A stretch of DNA of 63,289 nt, counting the filler, from Octopus bimaculoides (lineage: Eukaryota), in assembly GCF_001194135.2 (NCBI RefSeq). It is 6 parts of 6 records of this genome, joined end to end, with 100 filler letters (N's around TTAATTAATTAA, not from the genome) between each part and the next. Parts side by side here need not be neighbours in the genome. Positions count along the whole stretch, not along the records: positions 58,682 to 60,749 come from NW_026394998.1; positions 60,850 to 63,289 come from NC_068982.1; 4 more parts are not named here. One strand, written 5' to 3'. How positions within the stretch are numbered: the stretch's first letter is position 1; each line of letters begins with the position of its first letter. The notes under the pieces were generated by a model. The model did no database searches. It was not told where the DNA came from and was given only the letters and a program-made list of their open reading frames with translations. Position numbers and translations under genes: made by a program. Shown piece after piece: positions 60,301 through 63,289 of the stretch.

Positions 60301-60749
60301 TTTGTTTTTGACACGCCTTTTAATGGGAAAAGTACGTCTTTCATGCCATTAAACACNNNNNNNNNNNNNNNNNNNNNNNNNNNNNATATATATATATATA
60401 TATCCAGCATATAACCAAAAATACATCCCAAAGGGGTGCGGTCCATTGTCTATACCTCCGCCGTACACGGAACCCTTCCCCCATTTATTTCTGGAAAAAA
60501 TTAAAAAACCCAAATGAAGAAATTGGATGGGNNNNNNNNNNNNNNNNNNNNNNNNNNTGTAAAAATTATCTTTCAGAATTGGAATTTCCATAGACAAAAA
60601 CATGAGAATCTGTAAAAAAAATCCGGGACGGGTTCCGTTTAGATCTCCGCCATGTGAGCCGCTATAGTTGGGGGTCGATGGTCGATAAAGTTTGGTGGAC
60701 CCTGATATAGGCGTAGGTAACACCACCTACTGTGTTTCTAATCAATATG

Positions 60750-60849
60750 NNNNNNNNNNNNNNNNNNNNNNNNNNNNNNNNNNNNNNNNNNNNTTAATTA
60801 ATTAANNNNNNNNNNNNNNNNNNNNNNNNNNNNNNNNNNNNNNNNNNNN
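60750..60849. other. Artificial assembly spacer
   Basis: 44 N + TTAATTAATTAA (60794-60805) + 44 N. Confidence 0.95.
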
Positions 60850-60899
60850 AAGAAGAAGAAGAAGAAGAAGAAGAAGAAGAAGAAGAAGAAGAAGAAGCT

Positions 60900-61195
60900 A
60901 TAAAACAAATGAAATCCAAACTAGAACTAGAACAGCAACGGACCGTGATAAAACGATGGCAAGAAAAGCCCCTACATGGTAAATACTGGGCTAAACTAAA
61001 TGCAAAAGAAATAGACCGAGAAAAATCCCAGCAATGGTTGAGAAGCTCAGGACTCAAAGCAGAGTCTGAAGGATTTTTAATTGCTGCACAAGACCAAAGC
61101 CTCCCCACCAGAAATTACCAAAAACATATAATGAAAAGAAACATAACAAGTAACTGTAGAATATGTGGAGATGGACAAGAAACAATAACCATCAC
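60900..61195 (+). mobile_element. R4/Dong-like RLE retrotransposon fragment (pre-CCHC region), open frame
   Basis: WQEKPLHGKY...WLRSSGLKAESEGFLIAAQDQSLPTRNY...CRICGDGQETI. Confidence 0.9.
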
Positions 61196-61404
61196 GAGGT
61201 CTTGTATATTTATACAAGACCTCTGGATATTGTTATTTCTCTGTATATATGCACATTACTATTTCTTTTCGGTCTCTTGCTGATGCATCAATAATTATTA
61301 TTATCATAATTATAACATCGGCGGTGTTCAGTTAAAAAGTAAATGCTGTAAAAACGGAACCCATAGGAAAGCCAACAAAAGAGAGAGTGAGTGAGAGAGA
61401 GAGA

Positions 61405-61447
<43 letters not shown>

Positions 61448-62139
61448 CGGTGGACAGATAATCATAAATACTATGAAACAGTTGATTTATGATTTACACA
61501 CATACTACTATGCAACACCCCCAAATAAAGCGTACAACAATAAACTCATACTGTAAATATCCAACAACATCAACAAACCCCACAACATGTGCCATAGTAG
61601 GCCGATACCTGACAGAAGAACACAACCTGTGCTGCACTCACAACATACAATACAAAAAATAATACAACAGAAGACTGAAACTGAACTCCATAACAAAACA
61701 TGCTAATACAATACAATATCCCACGTACACACTCACAAATGCAGCACACACCACCTCACCATTGCAAAGGCGCAACAAATGAGGCAATAGAAAGTCGCTT
61801 TAAGCTTTCAGATGCCGAAAAATAATAGCGGTGATGACGATGGTGACTAACGTTACCATACCTCAGTTTATGAAAGACAGGGGCTTACCAAAGAAACTCT
61901 GGTTATAACGATGAAAATGAAGCTGGATTATTAAGGGAAGGCCTCTCGCTCGGCGGTGGATCAGTAATGATTCAGACTGACAACAGTAGTTATCCAAATA
62001 TAGCTTCAGCAGATAATAGAGTGAGAAGGAGAAAGCGGAACGGTGAAGAACACAAGATAGTGATGCAGCGCTAATTAGAAAGTGAACCTAAAAGAAGGGG
62101 CTACAGAAAACGGATGTTAACACCTTGGGTAGAGAAGGC

Positions 62140-63212
62140 TATATTTGAAGTGACTGAGCAGACATTAGTTGATCAAGCTAATGCTATTATATCTACCTAT
62201 TATACCTACCTAGAAAGGAATGTCGAAGAGGGTTAATATCAATGGAAGTCTGCATTAAGTTAGCCAGAGTGGATATAGACTCCTGTGTAGGTAATAGTGA
62301 AGAAAGTTTATGAAAAGCTAACATAGGGAAACAAAAAATTCTAAACGAGGTTAAAAACCAGAAAAGACAGCAGACGTTATCTGACTGGCAGGAGAAGGTG
62401 TTCCATGGTTGATTCCCAAAGACAGTCGCAGCAAATATTTGTAGTGAGACATGATTATAGTTGCAGAAAAGAAAGCTGAAGAGAAAGACAGAAATGTTGT
62501 TAGTAACAGCACAAGATCAAGCATGAAGGACTAATTGGATAAAAGCCAAGATAGACGAAAACTGAGTAGGTTCCCAAAGTAGATTATGCAAATCAAAAGA
62601 CGAAAGCGTTACTCATATAGTAAGTGAATGTAGCATGCTGGCACAGAAAGAATACAAGAAAATATGACAATCCTGGGAGAGTAAGCCACTGAGAGCTATG
62701 TAGAAAGCTAGGATTTGAACATGCAGATAAATTGTATGAACATGAATCTAGTAAAGTAATAGAAAGTAAGAAATACAAGATGGTGTGGTATTTCAACATT
62801 GAGACTGAGAAAGTAACAGAAGCTAGAAGGCCTGATTTGGTAGTAGTAGATAAAGAGAATAGAAAGTGTAAGATAATTAGCTTTACAGCCGCAAATGATG
62901 GAAACATTAGTATGGGAAGTTTAGAAAAAACAGCAAAGTACCAGGACCTTGCTATTGAATTATAGAGACTAAGTGTGGGTAAAATGTAACCCAGTAGTTA
63001 TAGGTGCATTGGGAACTATCCCTAAAGATCTGAACCGATGGATAGAGGAAATAGGTATGAAATCTAGTTTAGTACAGCTCAAGCAAACAGTGTTATTAGG
63101 GACATCTAGGATACTTAGATGGGTTCTTGGCATCTAAGGTTCCTTGTTGTAGCCCGATGTTAGGATATTTTCGTTACAACAGTCTACTCTCTTGAGTGTA
63201 TATGAAAATGAA
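62140..63212 (+). mobile_element. R4/Dong-like RLE retrotransposon 3' end, decayed
   Basis: YLPRKECRRGLISME; LVTAQDQA; RLCKSKDESVTHIVSEC; WYFNIETEKVTEARRPDLVVVDK; KYQDLAIEL; PVVIGALGTIPK; VLLGTSRILRWVLGI stop; short 3' UTR. Confidence 0.92.

Positions 63213-63289
<77 letters not shown>
63213..63289 (+). repeat. (AAT)n tract at the 3' junction of the Dong-like element
   Basis: Direct reading; runs to the end of the window. Confidence 0.95.

Noticed and set aside
60690-60749. DPDIGVGN, reminiscent of a protocadherin calcium-binding motif
   Set aside because: In-frame stops immediately upstream, low-quality gap-ridden block and no other cadherin motifs.
1026-60849. Long ORFs made mostly of X
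   Set aside because: They are artefacts of N gaps lacking stop codons.
3079-63289. Many ORF-track entries rich in VC, HT, YI, MYV, poly-N, poly-I, poly-D or poly-H
   Set aside because: They are translations of di-, tri- and tetranucleotide microsatellites and SINE sequence, with no domain signal.

Overview
Repeat-dense, AT-rich animal genomic DNA. The SINE, LINE and microsatellite repertoire looks like a cephalopod (Octopus-like) genome; this is an inference. The window is not one continuous molecule: five identical 100-nt spacers (44 N + TTAATTAATTAA + 44 N) are artificial joins that divide it into six blocks. Two host genes are supportable. One is a kinesin-14 (KIF25-like) gene, seen as two small + strand exons (6087-6139, 14748-14822) that splice in frame and that the ORF track largely misses. 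The other is the last coding exon of a divergent ionotropic glutamate receptor / IR-family gene on the - strand (35376-35628). The rest is transposon debris: a young Ty3/Gypsy 3' half with its LTR; RTE, RLE (R4/Dong-like), CRE-like, Tx1/L1-like and Penelope-like fragments; mariner and other DDE transposase relics; several MITEs and foldbacks; and at least three tRNA-derived SINE families. The most notable observations are a near-canonical minimal type I hammerhead ribozyme in a hairpin-rich non-coding repeat (30100-30163, - strand) with a decayed sibling at 27553-27606, an ORF1-only poly(A)-tailed half-LINE candidate (24054-25417), and a sharp CpG-depleted to CpG-retained switch at the first scaffold join. 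Repeat boundaries are read by eye and approximate unless a TSD or TIR is quoted.
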